Shown: positions 1 to 13,514, counted from the first letter of the stretch. The stretch: 64,000 nucleotides of DNA from Lytechinus pictus (GCF_037042905.1 NC_087251.1:11658001-11722000), one strand, 5' to 3'. Translations and numbers: made by a program. The notes: a model not told the origin generated them from the letters alone.

Positions 1-263
1 AATTAAATGCTACCTATGTACATCACACATTGCAGGAATATATTTTTTGGGGAAATTTTCTGTTATCAAAATGAAAATGTTTTTAATGTTATTATTTATG
101 GATTAAAGGTTGGTACTTCCTACTTTTATTGCAAAACAGGATAAAATTTCCTCCTTGGCCTACAATTTGATGACTCATTGCTCTAGAAAACAAGCTATTT
201 TGGGTTGTCGTTTGGTATTTACCCTTCATCCAAACTAACATTGTACTGTAAGTTTCTTGTTAA

Positions 264-847
264 AGGAGAATGAAACCCTTGAAACCAGCTGAATCCATAT
301 CAAAGAGAAAAATCAAAGAAACATATTGTTGAAAGTTTGAGGAAGATTGAATGAATAATAAGAAAGTTATGAGAATTTGAATATTGAGATCACTAATGCC
401 ATGTAGATCCTCTCATTGGCAATGCGACCAAGATCTGTGATGTCACACACGTACAACTCCCTCATTGCTTTAGTACTTATTTCACTTATATTCTCACTTT
501 TATAGAATCTATCACAAGGTGAGGTGTTCTCTTTATGAGAGGACAAGTACAGAGGTTTCACAACATTATATCATTGATGAATCGTTTGTCATATGATTAG
601 AATGAGCAAAAAGAGATGTTTAGGGGTATATTTTCAGTGTCCAAAAGGGGAGAGTTGTTCATCTGTGATATCATAGATCTTGGTTGCGTTGCCAATGGGA
701 GGATCTCCATAGCATTAGTGATCTCGACATTCAAATGCTCATAACTCTTCTATTGCTAGTCCTATTTTACTCAAAATTTTGTTGATCTTATTCTTTGATT
801 TTTCTGCTTTCACAAAAGCTAACTTGCTCCAAGAGTTTCATTCTCCT
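264..847. mobile_element. Kolobok/T2-like MITE, 584 bp (copy 1)
   Basis: TTAA|AGGAGAATGAAAC...GTTTCATTCTCCT|TTAA; near-identical inverted copy at 14718-15301. Confidence 0.9.
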
Positions 848-1032
848 TTAAGGTATTAATTGGTCTTGGTAATAGGGGATTAGTGTAACATACACATAAC
901 TGATGGATTGAAGCTTTTTAGGGAGATGATAGTATAGGTGTACTTGTCTCACAGACAAATTTCTGGAAGGGAGAAATACAAATGAAAATATGAATAATTA
1001 TGGTGTTAGCCTGTGATGTTGAAAGACTTTAA

Positions 1033-1839
1033 AGGTTAATTCCATCCTAACAGCAAGTAGATCTGAATAAAAGGAAAAAAGTGTATCACTGAAAATAACT
1101 TCGAAGTCAAATTTGAAATTTTGGAGAAAGCTAGTTTTTTTAGTATATTACTGTTTGTGCCATGATAGTGATATATGCAAATGAGAGAGTCAGTGATGTC
1201 ACTCACTCTTTCATATAATTAATTGTTTGAGTTGTACTGTACAATATTTAAATTTTTGCAGATTTCTTAATACACAGTAAAAAAAATAGCACGTTGTTTA
1301 AGCCTGTCACTCTAACAACAGGTTGTTTAAACTGTTTTGTAATTGTTTAAACTTTTTAAACAACTTGTTTAAAAAAATTAAACAGCTGTTTAAAAAGTCT
1401 AAACATTTGTTTAAAAAGTTTAAACAGTAGTTGTTAGAGTGACAGGCTTAAACAAAATGCTTAAAATTTTAAACAGCGTTTTTACAGTGTAATATCAAAT
1501 CATGATAGGTTACAACAATGGTAATTCTGTAATGTTAAGTGAAGAATCAAACATTTTTTTACATTAAATTTATTGAAATAAGAGGAAAATCAAATATTTC
1601 ATGTGATAAAATACAAAAGAAATTTTGTGTGGGTGCCATCAACCGTTCCCTCATTTGCACATAACTGACCAGAATGTGCACACTTGTACAACTGTTTTGT
1701 GAAATTTAGCAAAACTTATTGTCATGACTTTTAAAAATATTATTTGACATCCGACTTTAGTGAAATTTTCAGCTTCAAGCTTGTTTAAGTTTTCTCTTTA
1801 ATATCAAATATCAACTTTTTGTTGAGAATAGTTACCCTG
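1033..1839. mobile_element. Degenerate Kolobok/T2-like MITE related to 7790-8400
   Basis: ttaa|aggttaattccatcc start and decayed ...accct-g-ttaa end; shares internal blocks such as tatgcaaatgag and catccga.ttt..tgaaattttcag. Confidence 0.6.
1273..1489. mobile_element. Palindromic TA-flanked MITE nested in the previous element
   Basis: TA|CACAGTAAAAA...TTTTTACAGTG|TA; internal arms gtttaagcctgtcactctaacaac / gttgttagagtgacaggcttaaac. Confidence 0.8.
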
Positions 1840-2727
1840 TTAATTACATCCTCCTTACAATCAGCTTGAGTTCTTCGTAATCTGGTAGTTTACCTAGATC
1901 AGAATGGGCTGGATATGAAAACTCAGACACGCCTGACCAGTGTTGTTCCTCCTGAGCCTGGTTTTCCCAGGGCTCACAAACGTTTTGTGATGGGTTTGCA
2001 TGGAAATGGAAAAAAACTCGACATTAGTATTTTGATAAAAGAGTGCAAAAACATGCGCTTAAATGGACAAAAACTTAGCCAATTGTTGAAGGGGGTCAGT
2101 TGGAATCTTTTTTTTTTCGGGAGAATGAATAGCGACTCTAAGCAACCCCTGCAACAACTGGTGAAGCTTTCAAACATTTCAAATGCATGTTTTGTGCACT
2201 ATGTTTCGTAATTTGATACAAATGTTTGACTTTTCGAATTTATGTCTCGCCCACCAGAGGTGAAGGTGAGGCAGTTAGTAACTTTTCAACAAACTTGGAT
2301 GGTAGATGTAAAGGGGACCTGCATGCAATGCTGCAGTTGGAAGTCACATGGTAAGGTCAAAGGTCATTTTCAGGTCAACGTTAAAGTTTATGTGCAAGAC
2401 TCTCTTGTGACACACATTACTCAGCAGCTGTAAGTCACTTTTCAACCGGACATGGATGGTAGATGAACTTAGGGGACCTGCATGTCATGCTGCAGTCGAA
2501 GGTAACATGGTAAGGTCAAAGGTCATTTTCAGGTCAAAGTTTAAGTTTATGTGCATGACTGTCTTAAGACACATAACTGAAACTCCTCAACCGTAAGTCA
2601 CTTTTCAACCAAAGTTGGATGGTAGATGTTGTTAGGGGACCTGCATGTTATGCTGCAGTCAGAGGTCATATGGTAAGGTCAAAGGTCATTTTCAGGTCAA
2701 GGTTAAAGTTTACGTGCAAGACTCTCT

Positions 2728-4271
2728 CAGACCTGCCAACCAGTACGTTTTAGCCGTATTTACTAAATCGTAATTTATTGAGAAAAATAATATCTATATG
2801 TCTCTATTTCATAAAACGTACACAAATATGGTTATTAGATAAATGTAATTTCAGGTAACTTTTTTTTTTTTCAATCATTTTGTTATAACCAGGGTGAAGA
2901 TATACACATGTTTTAAAGGAGAAATATATTGAAAATCGTAAAAATGGAGAATCATATATCAAATCAAAGGAGAAAATAAGGAGAACACGATGGTGTACAT
3001 CATTTATCATGGAGACCGATGGAACTCAGTTAATTGATAGTTTAAAGTTCTCTCTCTGAATGCTTCAAACACGCAGAATTACGTCCGCGAAATTGGGGAT
3101 TTTTTATGACGTCACTTTCTGTACGAGAGGCGTGATTGGCCCTCCCACGTGAAGCTCCACTTGCATGCAAAACCTGATGCGAGGGTACGTTTTCTCCACA
3201 TTGTCACTGAATACTTCGATCACGAAATGAAAGAAAACCCAGAATTTTATCTAGATTTGGATTTTCAAATTGATGATTTTGAAGATGAAGAGAATGATGA
3301 TGAAATGAACAACAAATCGAAATAGAGCTGCAAAACAACAACAGGATTACATTCACTTGTTTGTAAGTACAGTTTTATCATTATTTTCCTTCTTCATAGT
3401 CACAGAGGTAAGAGACTCTGTCTGGACAGTGTGGTAGTTCATTTTCATGAATTCAATTTGGCCCGCGCGGTGTAGCTAGCACTTAGCAGCTGCATGAGTT
3501 AGGTAGCGAATCGGCATGTGATCGTGTTGCAAGTTGAATTGTCCGACTCATCATCATCGGCGTAATTCCCCCAATTTACTTCCAACTACGTCACTTTGTT
3601 GTTCATTTCATCATCATTCTCTTCATCTTCAAAATCATCAATTTGAAAATCCAAATCTAGATAAAATTCTGGGTTTTTTTTTCATTTCGTGATCGAAGTA
3701 TTCAGTGACAGTGTGGAGAAAACGTACCCTGGCAACAGGTTTTGCATGCAAGTGGAGCTTCACATGGGAGAGCCAATCACGCATCTCGTACAGAAAGTGA
3801 CGTCATCAAATTCAAGTCAATTCAGAGACCGATGCGAGGCATATTTCGGAGAGGCATTTTGAGCGTTTTTTAATCGGCGATTTTCACCTTATGTATTATT
3901 TTCGTTATTTTTGAATGACCCACTGATAATCCCCACATCATTACCTTTCCATTGACATATAATAAGACCACATTCATAATCAATATAGTTCTCCTTTAAT
4001 GTTTTTTTTTTCATCTGCAAGAGCAGTGCGCATTTTAGCTTGCATGCAGCTTGAGCGCCGCAATGAGCGAGTGCGCCAAGCATTTTATTATGAAATACAC
4101 TTTTTTGGGGAAAAATACAGTTTTTTTAATCACAAAATACAGTTTTTCATTCCCAGAGGTTGGCAGGTCTGCATATTTATCTCACACGGTAAAAATGCTG
4201 ATTTTTTTGTCAAAATACTGATTTTGGGGGATAAGAATACTGAAAATGCAAAATACAACTTGGCAGCTCTG
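2728..4271. mobile_element. hAT-like element with 6-bp TSD (CTCTCT)
   Basis: ctctct|CAGACCTGCCAAC...TTGGCAGCTCTG|ctctct splitting host unit gactctcttatgacac; a second, perfect right TIR ends at 4171. Confidence 0.7.
2917..3995. mobile_element. Kolobok-like element with ~210-bp internal inverted repeat
   Basis: TTAA|AGGAGAAATATATTGA...TCAATATAGTTCTCCT|TTAA; arms 3107-3316 and 3595-3805. Confidence 0.85.
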
Positions 4272-5611
4272 CTCTCTGATGACACACAACTCTGCAACCG
4301 CAAGTCTCTTTTCACCCAAACTTGGGTTGTAAATGTACTTAGGAGACCTGATATCATGGCACAGTCAGAGGTCATGTGGTAAAGGTCAAAGGTCATTTTT
4401 AGGTCATTGTTATGACACATCTCCGTAACCAAAAGTCACTTTTTGACCAAACTTGGGTTGTAGGCGTACATACGAGACCTGCATGTTATTGTTTTCAGAG
4501 GTCACATAGTAAGGTCAAAAGTCATTTTGACGTCAACAATAAAGTTTACGTGCAAAACTCAAATGACAAATGTTATTCCATCCCAGTTCTTTTACAGTGA
4601 ACTTTTGATACAATTCTTTTGCTTGCCCTCACTAATCATGATATTTCTGGTTACTTTCACAAGTGGGCGAGACACCACATCGCTTTATATGCTTTGTTTT
4701 ACAATCATATCCTTGCAAAACATTTGCAATCCCCATGAAAACCAGGATAAGCCAATGAAAGTGAAAGGGATGCTAGAGATGGACAACGCTCATTTAATAA
4801 TTGATATCTTCTAGATTCCATTGCCCAGTAAATACTCAGGCTGCCTTCATTAAATATGACCCTCTAGCTGATTAATGTCCCTGTCACCGTCTACTCATTT
4901 CTATCCTTTATATATCTTTACATTATTTTTGTAATGAGGAGGGATTTCCTCTTATGATGCGTATGTACCAGTAACAGTGCCAGCGATGCATGGCCAAGCA
5001 ATTTATTTCTTACTTTTATTGCCGTTGTAGCCTTATTAATACATACCCCAGTTATTTATTCCTGTGTAGAGGCATGCCAATGGTGATACCATGATTTTCC
5101 TGCATCCTGACCCAGGTTCCAACGTCTTGAAATTCTTGATCATATGATCTTGTATCTGATTATACCTGTATTCTATTAGAATAGAAAATAAATAAATCAT
5201 TACCTGCAATCGCAAAACACATCAACTAATACACCACATATTTTCATTTCATATCACCCACACTAAAACAGTTTTGGAACTGTTTGCGGCATGATGGGGA
5301 GCATCCAATACAATATTTTGAGAAAGGCCTTCCCGCTTGTCTCAAAGGTTGCGGTGAGAACGGAGTGGCATGTCAATTTTTGGAGGGGAGACTTTCTATG
5401 AGTTGTATGTTAGTCTTCCACATTAGTCGTGTAAAATGAAGTAGATTTATGAAAATTTTCATAAACTGGTATTACAGATCAATATTTTAAAAGAATCCAA
5501 ATTGAAAGTATATATTGGAAATTAAAAAAAATTATTTTTGTCTCCCTAAAATAGCGGTATTTCGTTATTTTAATTTTATTATACTGACTATTTGAGACAA
5601 GCAGTGGTGGG

Positions 5612-6372
5612 TAGGGAAAGTGATTCTTCGCGATCACGGAAAACTAACGGAATTCACAGAATCGGCCTTTTGAGACGGAAAGTGGCTTCAACCGGAAAAT
5701 CACGTAAAACATATTTTTTCTCAAAATGCACAGTATAGAAACTGAAATTTCTCCCAAATCCTCAACGAAATACGAATATCAACTAAGATAAAACGATCTC
5801 GCTTCGCTACAACAATCATGACAATTCATACATTGTAACTGCACTCAAGCTCCTCCATCACTCGATCGTATCGAAACTAGTTTACACTCACGTCCGCATA
5901 AAGGCAGAAACATGGCCGTGTGTTGCTGCCCTCTGCGTTCAGTCATAATATCAACAAATCCAAATGGCAGATAAGTGATAGTCATCGACTGCTCAAAACG
6001 ATGTCCAAAAAGTCCCCAAATCAGCAATAAAATCTCATTTAACCATAAAATAGTGCTAACAATATGAAAGGTGAGGATGTATTCATGTTAATTATGTTTC
6101 TTAAAAAAAGTTTTTGTACTAAAATCTCTTCGATTAAAATCGATTTTAAAGCATTGTTAGTACAGTGGCAGATACAAAGTTTGACCAGCGCAAGCATTTT
6201 GACATCGCTACTCATTGCGTATTGATTTTCTATGTAAACTGAATTATCACTTTTTCATGTACACAAAGTCTATGGGGAAACGGAATTTCCATTTTCAGAC
6301 ATGCTGAAACGGAATTTAAGATTTTCTGAAACAGAAAAGGCAATTTTAAGAAACGGGAAATCACTGTCCTTA
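5612..6372. mobile_element. hAT-like MITE with 6-bp TSD (GGTGGG)
   Basis: ggtggg|TAGGGAAAGTGATT...AATCACTGTCCTTA|ggtggg; inverted relative at 34440-35234. Confidence 0.85.
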
Positions 6373-6500
6373 GGTGGGGGAGGGGCTTTTCTCAAAAGGT
6401 TGCATAATGAACACTCTTCTCCGCACCGTACTGCATCCATTTGGGATAAGCCAGCCATATACTGACCACTTTTGAAGGCAAGGGGGAATGTACAAACTTA

Positions 6501-6899
6501 CACCCCTTTCGTAAACCCAATAAAACATATCCTCCATTAGCCGCCGAAGAGTAATGCGGATAATTCAATAAAAATTGCGTTCACAAACTCCGAAAATTAT
6601 CCGCATTATTTTTACGAGCGCCCGTCCTGAAAAAGGCGGATAATCGTCGTGACAACTGGACACGCCCCCTCCGATGCGGTTGTGTTGGAAAAGGGTGACC
6701 TTGTGACCGCACCATGGCAATTATCCGCATTATTTGGAAATACGTTCATAAACTCAAAATCTTGTCCCGATGCCGCTATTATGCGGATAATAGCAGCATC
6801 AGAATAATGCGGATAACTCTTGTCCTCCTCTGATTTTACGACCAAATTATGCTGCTATTAGCCGCATAATTGGGTTTTATTGGGTTTATGAAAGGGGTA
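6501..6899. mobile_element. PIF/Harbinger (Tourist-like) MITE
   Basis: TTA|CACCCCTTTCGTAAACCCAATAAAAC...GTTTTATTGGGTTTATGAAAGGGGTA|TTA; internal atgcggataa repeats. Confidence 0.85.
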
Positions 6900-6992
6900 T
6901 TACATGAGAATCTTTGAGTGTAGGTTAAGGACAAGAACACAATTTTTACTTTATCTCTCCTTCTTTTTACACTCGCAGGTCTCTGGTTCATC

Positions 6993-7059
6993 ATGACAAC
7001 AACGTCGGTCTCGGATGTACCGATCACAATCGTCAAAGAGGGCTGGATCCAAAAACGAG
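6993..7059 (+). CDS. AKT: Akt coding exon 1 (MTTTSVSDVPITIVKEGWIQKR-G); exon starts at 6979
   Basis: Pyrimidine tract plus cgcag acceptor ending 6978, ATG at 6993, donor GAG|gtgaga at 7060. Manual translation; not in the ORF track. Confidence 0.95.
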
Positions 7060-7076
7060 GTGAGATAGCGATTGAA

Positions 7077-7372
7077 AGTGACTTTGACTGGAAAGCACTC
7101 GTGCAAATTGTGAATTAAGAAACAAAAACATAAGAATTATAATACATTTACACCAGCTGACATATATAACATGTAGGCCTACATACATAGGCACCATGTT
7201 TTTCTCTGCATCCATCATTCATGTGGGAGCTAGAGAAAAACAAGTTGGGAGGGGGGGAGGAGGTTCACCAACTTCACCTACATGTATGATAGACAAAAAT
7301 GTCTGGGAATGGGGAGCATTCAAGCAAATTTTGAAGAATGACAAATCTTAAATCATGTGTGCATTTTGCAGT
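7077..7372 (+). repeat. Local direct duplication, copy 1 (copy 2 at 9570-9674 plus 10743-10938)
   Basis: ~295 bp near-identical between copies by eye. Confidence 0.9.
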
Positions 7373-7789
7373 ACCTATATCCATTCTGCCATATAGGTAC
7401 TGTGTTGTACCATACCATACCATAATAATGAATTATACGGCATAATATTTGTGGTACTGCATCACAATTTTATTTTAGCACTGTAGGTTCTAGACCTCCA
7501 AAAAAATTCTTTGGTAAAGCAAATTTTTATGTAGTAATGGGTAGAAGTTTGTTCTAATCTATTCCCCAGTGATCAAAACTGCTATAGATTTGAAAGACAT
7601 TTAATCAAAATGACATGCTGGATTTGAGTTTTCAAACAGTACTCGCCTGTTTGCTTGGTCTCAGAGACTTGGAAGTATGCATTTCAGAGATCACTTTTCA
7701 TGATGTACTGAGCCCATTATGCAAATACCTATATGCAGGCCTATTGTGTGCACTGCACTGCTCACTATACATTTATTTTAAACCTTAAA

Positions 7790-8400
7790 AGGACAAGTCC
7801 ACCCCAAAAATTGATTTGAATAAAAAGAGAAAAGTCCAACATGCATAACACTGTAAATTTCATCAAAATCGGATGTAAAATAAGAAAGTTATGACCTTTT
7901 AAAGTTTCGCTTAATTTCACAAAACAGTTATATGCACATCCTTGTTGGTATGCAAATGAGGAGACTGATGACGTCATCCACCCTCTATTTTGTATTTTAT
8001 TACACGAAATATGAAATATTCTTATTTTCTCCTCATTGTCCAGTGAAACAATGATTAATTCCTCCATGAACATGTGGAATTAGCATTGTTTAAAACTATA
8101 TGATTCAGTCAAGTCGGTCCCTATGGTCAAATCTGTAAAAAATGAAATATTGTATAATTCAAACAATAAAAAACAAAAGAAATAGTGATGGGCATCATCG
8201 ACTGACTCATTCGCATATCACTGAGTTGTGCATATCACTGTTTTGTTAAAAATAAGCAAAACGTTAAAATGCCATAACTTTCTTATTTTACTTGCCATAG
8301 CTTTCTTATTTTACATCCGATTTTGATAAAATTTTCAGTGTTATGCTAGTTTGATTTTTCTATTTCTTTTCAAATCAACATTTTGGGGTGGACTTGACCT
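7790..8400. mobile_element. Kolobok/T2-like MITE
   Basis: ttaa(a)|AGGACAAGTCCACCCCAA...TTGGGGTGGACTTGACCT|TTAA. Confidence 0.85.
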
Positions 8401-9214
8401 TTAATCAAACTATCAAAGTGCAAGTCATCATTGTACCTTGCATGCATTTAGATGATGAATATGTCAAATTTTAGAATGGAATCACTCATATGATTTATGG
8501 CAATTGATCCTGGACTACGTTCTTTCTTTTCTTTCCTTATCTGTGATTGTGAACCTTGAAATGACAGTGTCAATATTTTGAACTGTACATGTAGGTAGAC
8601 ACTAGATATAGAACAAACATACTTGTGAATGGGAGAGAGGGCATATATCAATTGATTTGGATATTCACCACCATATTTTATAGATTATGGGCCTGTATCA
8701 TAGTTGTATTGTCCTTTTTTTTATTATTATATTTTTTTTAAAGATTTTTACATGGTAAATTTTTTTTTCTGGCCTATATGGAATAATTTGAAAGTCTTGC
8801 TCTCTGTCTTTAGAAAACAACATAAAAATTGAAATGATTTGAAATGAATTGATTATCATTTATTAGATACCTGTTGCTGTGATTGTTCAAAGCTTGTTAA
8901 TTCTTGAATGAGCTATATCATGCATTTACAACCAACCTTGCAGCTCTTTGTGCCACATTACTCTCTTTAATTTTCATTGTGGTAATGGTATTGCATAGCA
9001 GCCTATTGTTATGATAACACCACCTCCAAAGTCCTACTTTACGTACACACAACTGCCTTTCCGAATACACACAAACACGCTCTACAGAGCAATGCATCAA
9101 TGTTCGTATGCACATAAACAACATCTTTTCCTGTGTCCCAGAAATAGCACGCCATGTAAATAGATGCCCCTGGATTTTCTCCTCCACCCCTTTCTCCTGC
9201 TCTTCCATCTTTGT

Positions 9215-9402
9215 TTTCTTTCTTTCTCTCTCTCTCTCTCTCTCTCTCTTAAGTCTCTTTATATATCTACATGTACATGTATCTCTCTCTCTGTCTGTCT
9301 GTCTCTTATCTCTTTTTCTCTCTCTGTCCATCTCTCTTCTCTAACCTTCTTTCTGACTTTCTCTTTTTCTATCTCTCTCTCCCTTGCCCACTCCCTCTCT
9401 TT
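9215..9402. repeat. (CT)n/pyrimidine-rich microsatellite
   Basis: Visible CT dinucleotide runs. Confidence 0.9.
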
Positions 9403-9676
9403 CTATTGCAATCCCAGTAAAGCAGCTCCATCATAATAAGTATTTATGCCAGCAGACATTACATGGCTATACCTCTGGCGACTCCTTGCTTCTCTCCACT
9501 TCCATCAGTCATGTGAGAGCAAGAGGAAAAACAAACTGGGGGAGTGGTTTTCCACCTTGGATCGTTTAGAGTGACTGACTGGAAAGCACTCATGCAAATT
9601 TTGAATTAAGAAACAAAAACATAAGAATTATAATACATTTACACCAGCTGACATATATAACATGTAGGCCTACAGT

Positions 9677-10742
9677 CAGTCGGCAAGCCCTGAAAAAGTA
9701 GCTTCTTTTATCCAAGTGATATTCATGACTAGAGGGTTTTTGCATAGTTAATGAGCTTGGTGCGAACCAAAACACCTCTTTTTATTCGGCCATTGCTGCT
9801 CTAAATATTGACCAAATTTCATGTTTTTGGTATCTTTGTAAAGAAGAAGAATCATTCTTTTAGGTCATGTGTTTGGATTTTTAAAAGGATGTTATAATAT
9901 AGGGAAAACTTTTGATCTAAAACATCAAACAAAATAATTTTTTCATGCAAAAAAAGTTGTAGTTTCACACTTAATTTCTGGTTGAGCACAAATGATGTTT
10001 AGATCATGATAAAGCTGAATATCTAAGCTTTGATATGATATAATTTTTATAAGAAGATGTATTTTAGATGGGTCAGGAGCCAGCTTTTCATAGGCCAAGT
10101 ACATTTAGCAGCTCAAAAACAAGAATACTGCGCTCTGATTGGTCATAGAGACCACACACCCACGCAAATTCCAATGTTCCCCTCACTGGGCCTCTCCAAG
10201 GTCACACTCACCATTTGGTAATCTCTTCAAATTACCCGCGCCTGTTGTGTTGAAAACATTATTCAGCCAATCAGAACTCTGGATTTTATGTTACTCAGAA
10301 ATTTCAGAAATCTTGTCTTGCATCTTGATGGAAAAAGCTGGCTGCTGACCCATCTAAAAGATGCCACATATCAAGAGTGACATTGTAAGAAAGTATAGAG
10401 TTTGAGCTTTCTGATGACATAAATAATGTTGGTGCCTAAAACACAAAATGTTGCACAATTTGCAAGTGAAAACAGAGGAAGAAAATTCTGTTTAATGCAT
10501 CTTTTCAGGTAAAAAATTCACTTATTTATCAAAATATTTCATTCAAAAGAAATGACCAATATGAAAGAGTAACATTTACTCTTGCCCATGGTACAAAAAT
10601 AATCAATAAGGAGAAAGTGGTTAAATTCTTTGAGAAAGAAAGTCTCACAATTCACGAGATTTTGCAGGGACATGAATTCAGCCATGAGAGGACTTGGATA
10701 AATCTTGCTCATTTGCTCATTAACACAGGGGCTTGCCGACTG
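9677..10742. mobile_element. TIR DNA transposon (hAT/P-like, ~8-bp degenerate TSD)
   Basis: CAGTCGGCAAGCCC...GGGCTTGCCGACTG flanked by cctacagt / cctacata; empty site visible near 7178. Confidence 0.8.
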
Positions 10743-12139
10743 CCTACATACATAGGCACCATGTTTTTATCTGCATCGATCATTCATGTGGGAGCTAGAG
10801 AAAAACAAGTTGGGGAGGGGGGGAGGAGGTTCACCAACTTCACCTACATGTATGATAGACAAAAATGTCTGGGAATGGGGAACATTCAAGCAAATTTTGA
10901 AGAATGACAAATCTTAAATCATGTGTGCATTTTGCAGTGGTAGTTTCTGAAAAATTATATTTTAAATCAACATGTTCCTTGCAAAGTCTTGAATCTAGCT
11001 TTGGTATGACACCACTGGTCAACTAGCATTTGAAAGCCTGTTAATAATAGTGTCTTCATTATAAATGTGTTTGAGAATTTATTCTGATAGTCATGTTCCA
11101 AAAATATCCTTTCCAGCATTTGATGTCTACTGTCCAAAAATAAGGTATTTATTTTCAATTCAATCAATTCCATTCAATTTGTGTAACAATCTCTTCAACA
11201 AAATATAAGGGGGGGGGGGTAGCAGCTTGAATGCATCCCCCCCGACCTGGCCAGCTTGCAATCATTTGTATATAGTGTTGTCATATCAAAATTACCTGTA
11301 CTGCATGCAGTAATCAGTAAAAAAAAAATGTATTTGTTTTTATTCTATTTCATGCTTTCCTAGGATAAGGGTGTTGTTTGTAGCATTTTGAAGTGGCTGT
11401 AAGCTGGAAAAACAACTCGAGTATATTGCATGGATGAGATGTCAAGAGACCTGGATATTTCTTGCTATTGAAATAAAATGATAATGAACTTCGTTTTGTG
11501 TGTGTGCTCTCTCTCTCTCTCTTTCTCTTCTCTCTTGCTATTGCAGTACACATGAGACCAGAGGCTTTCAAAACCCTCCTGGATATAATTAGTGTTTATT
11601 TATCAAAATGATACCCTTTTCACATATTTTCAATTTCTAGCTATTTGTATCTTAATACACCCTTAATAGCTCGTGTAAACCCTATCAAACTAGAAAAAGT
11701 TAAGAATTACAGAATATTTATAAATTTGTCAAAATGTGGATGTTGCTTTGTTGAAATTCTAAACACTCTTGACAGGCATCCTTATTATCTGAGTAGATAA
11801 CAGACAACAAACTCCACTATTAGTCCATGTACATAGTATCACATGCACATCCATGCTCACAACCACGGCATGCTACAGATAAGTGGTATCATGAATACAT
11901 CAGACATGTTTTTCAAGTCTATGACCTACATGTCTGTCTAACCCCAAAGAATGTAAACATCGAGTCTGTTTTCTTCTCGGTTGGGACAGCTGCCATCGAC
12001 CTGTACAAGGCAGAAGGCGAGTGGCATACTGGGCTCTACCTGATGGCGAATGGGGAGGGGTTACCCCTTCCATTGCTACTGCTGACTTGTTTCCTTACTT
12101 GCCAATAGACCCTTTGCAAATGGTTGAATATGGAGGATG

Positions 12140-12305
12140 AGGCCCGTTGCAGAAAGAGTTGCGATCAAACGCAACTCAAAATATCTTACGCAACTCAAAA
12201 AATCTTGTGCAACTTGTTTTTTTGCCCACTGAAGCACCCATATTCGTGACTTGCGCTTGATATTTTGACTTGCGTTTAAACGCAACTCTTTCTGCAATAG
12301 GCCCC
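12140..12305. mobile_element. Short palindromic Harbinger-like MITE
   Basis: ggcccgttgcagaaagagttgcg...cgcaactctttctgcaataggccc. Confidence 0.7.
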
Positions 12306-12674
12306 TTGTCAGCATGTCAGGTACACATTTCTAGTCGTCAAATGAAAAGTGCTTCAAATAGACACTTAACATATATTTTTATCATGCACAATTTGCTTTG
12401 ATCAGTGTTAATTTTTTTTATGAGAATAAATCAGAATTTTTTTCTTTTCAATACTATTTTAAGTCTGAATGAAATTGTGTTAAAGCAATAGGCTATATAA
12501 GATCATCTGTGGAAACAATATATCCCTGTTGTTGGTATTTCCTGCAAATATCTTCAGTTTCATATTTCTATTTCTTGTTTTAATCACATAAGATAGGTGT
12601 CTGATGTTGATTGTTCTGTTTTCTTGGAATATTCAATGTTGACAATATTTTCTGTGTACTATTCTTTCATTGTT

Positions 12675-13514
12675 TACTGAACATCCTTCCTGAGTTTCAG
12701 GTCACATGACCAAGGTCAAAGGTCATTTAGGGTCAATGAACTTAGACCATGTTGGGGAAATCAACATCAAAATCTTAACCTAAGGTTAAGTTTTTGAAAT
12801 GTCATCATAACTTAGAAAATATATGGACCTAGTTCATGAAACTTAGACATAAGGTTTAATCAAGTATCACTGAATATCCTATGCGCATTTCAGGTCACAT
12901 GACCAAGGTCAAAGGTCAATGAACTTTGGCCATAATGGGGGTATCTGTTGAATTACCATCATAACTTCGAAATTTTATGGATCTGATTCATAAAACTTAG
13001 ACATAAGAGTAATCAAGTATCACTGAACATCCTGTGCGAGTTTCAGGTCACATGATCAAGGTCATGTAAGGTCAATGAACTTTGGCCAAGTTGGGGGTAT
13101 TTGTTGAATTACCATCATAACTTTGAAAGTTTCTTGGTCTAGTTCATAAAACTTGGACATAAGAGTAATCAAGTATCACTGAACATCCTGTGCGAGTTTC
13201 AGGTCACATGACGAAAGTCAAAGGTCATTTAAGGTCATTGAGCGTTGGCCATTTTAGATGTAATTATTAGATTGCTGTCATAACTTTCAAAGTTTATAGA
13301 TATAGTGTATAAAATGTGGATATAGGGGTAATCAAGTATCACTGACAAGTTTTAGGTCACATTTTCAAGGTCAAATATCAATGAACGTAGTATTGTATCA
13401 TTATATGAATGGTGTTTTTTGTGAATAATTATTTTATTTTAGTTTTCAAAGTCAGCACTGCTGCTATATTGAATCGCGTGATGCAGGTGAGACCGCCAGA
13501 GGTATTCCACTTGT
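12675..13514 (+). mobile_element. Helentron/HINE-like family B, 5'-truncated
   Basis: ~153-163-bp units (aatcaagtatcactgaacatcc...ggtcacatgaccaaggtcaaaggtca); 3' end gcaggtgagac...ccacttgt. Confidence 0.8.

Larger units (their letters stand above)
2239..4697 (+). mobile_element. Helentron/HINE-like element, family A, interrupted by nested insertions
   Basis: 5' tgtctcgcccaccagaggtgaagg, ~157-bp AGGTCAAAGGTCA tandem units, 3' subterminal inverted gtgggcgagaca. Confidence 0.8.

Noticed and set aside
367..561. Duplicated 64-aa ORF (also 15004-15198)
   Set aside because: Lies inside the two MITE copies, starts at GTG, and has no recognisable domain.
8918..9436. ER-rich and LS-rich ORFs (likewise 30135-30559)
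   Set aside because: Products of CT/GA microsatellites.
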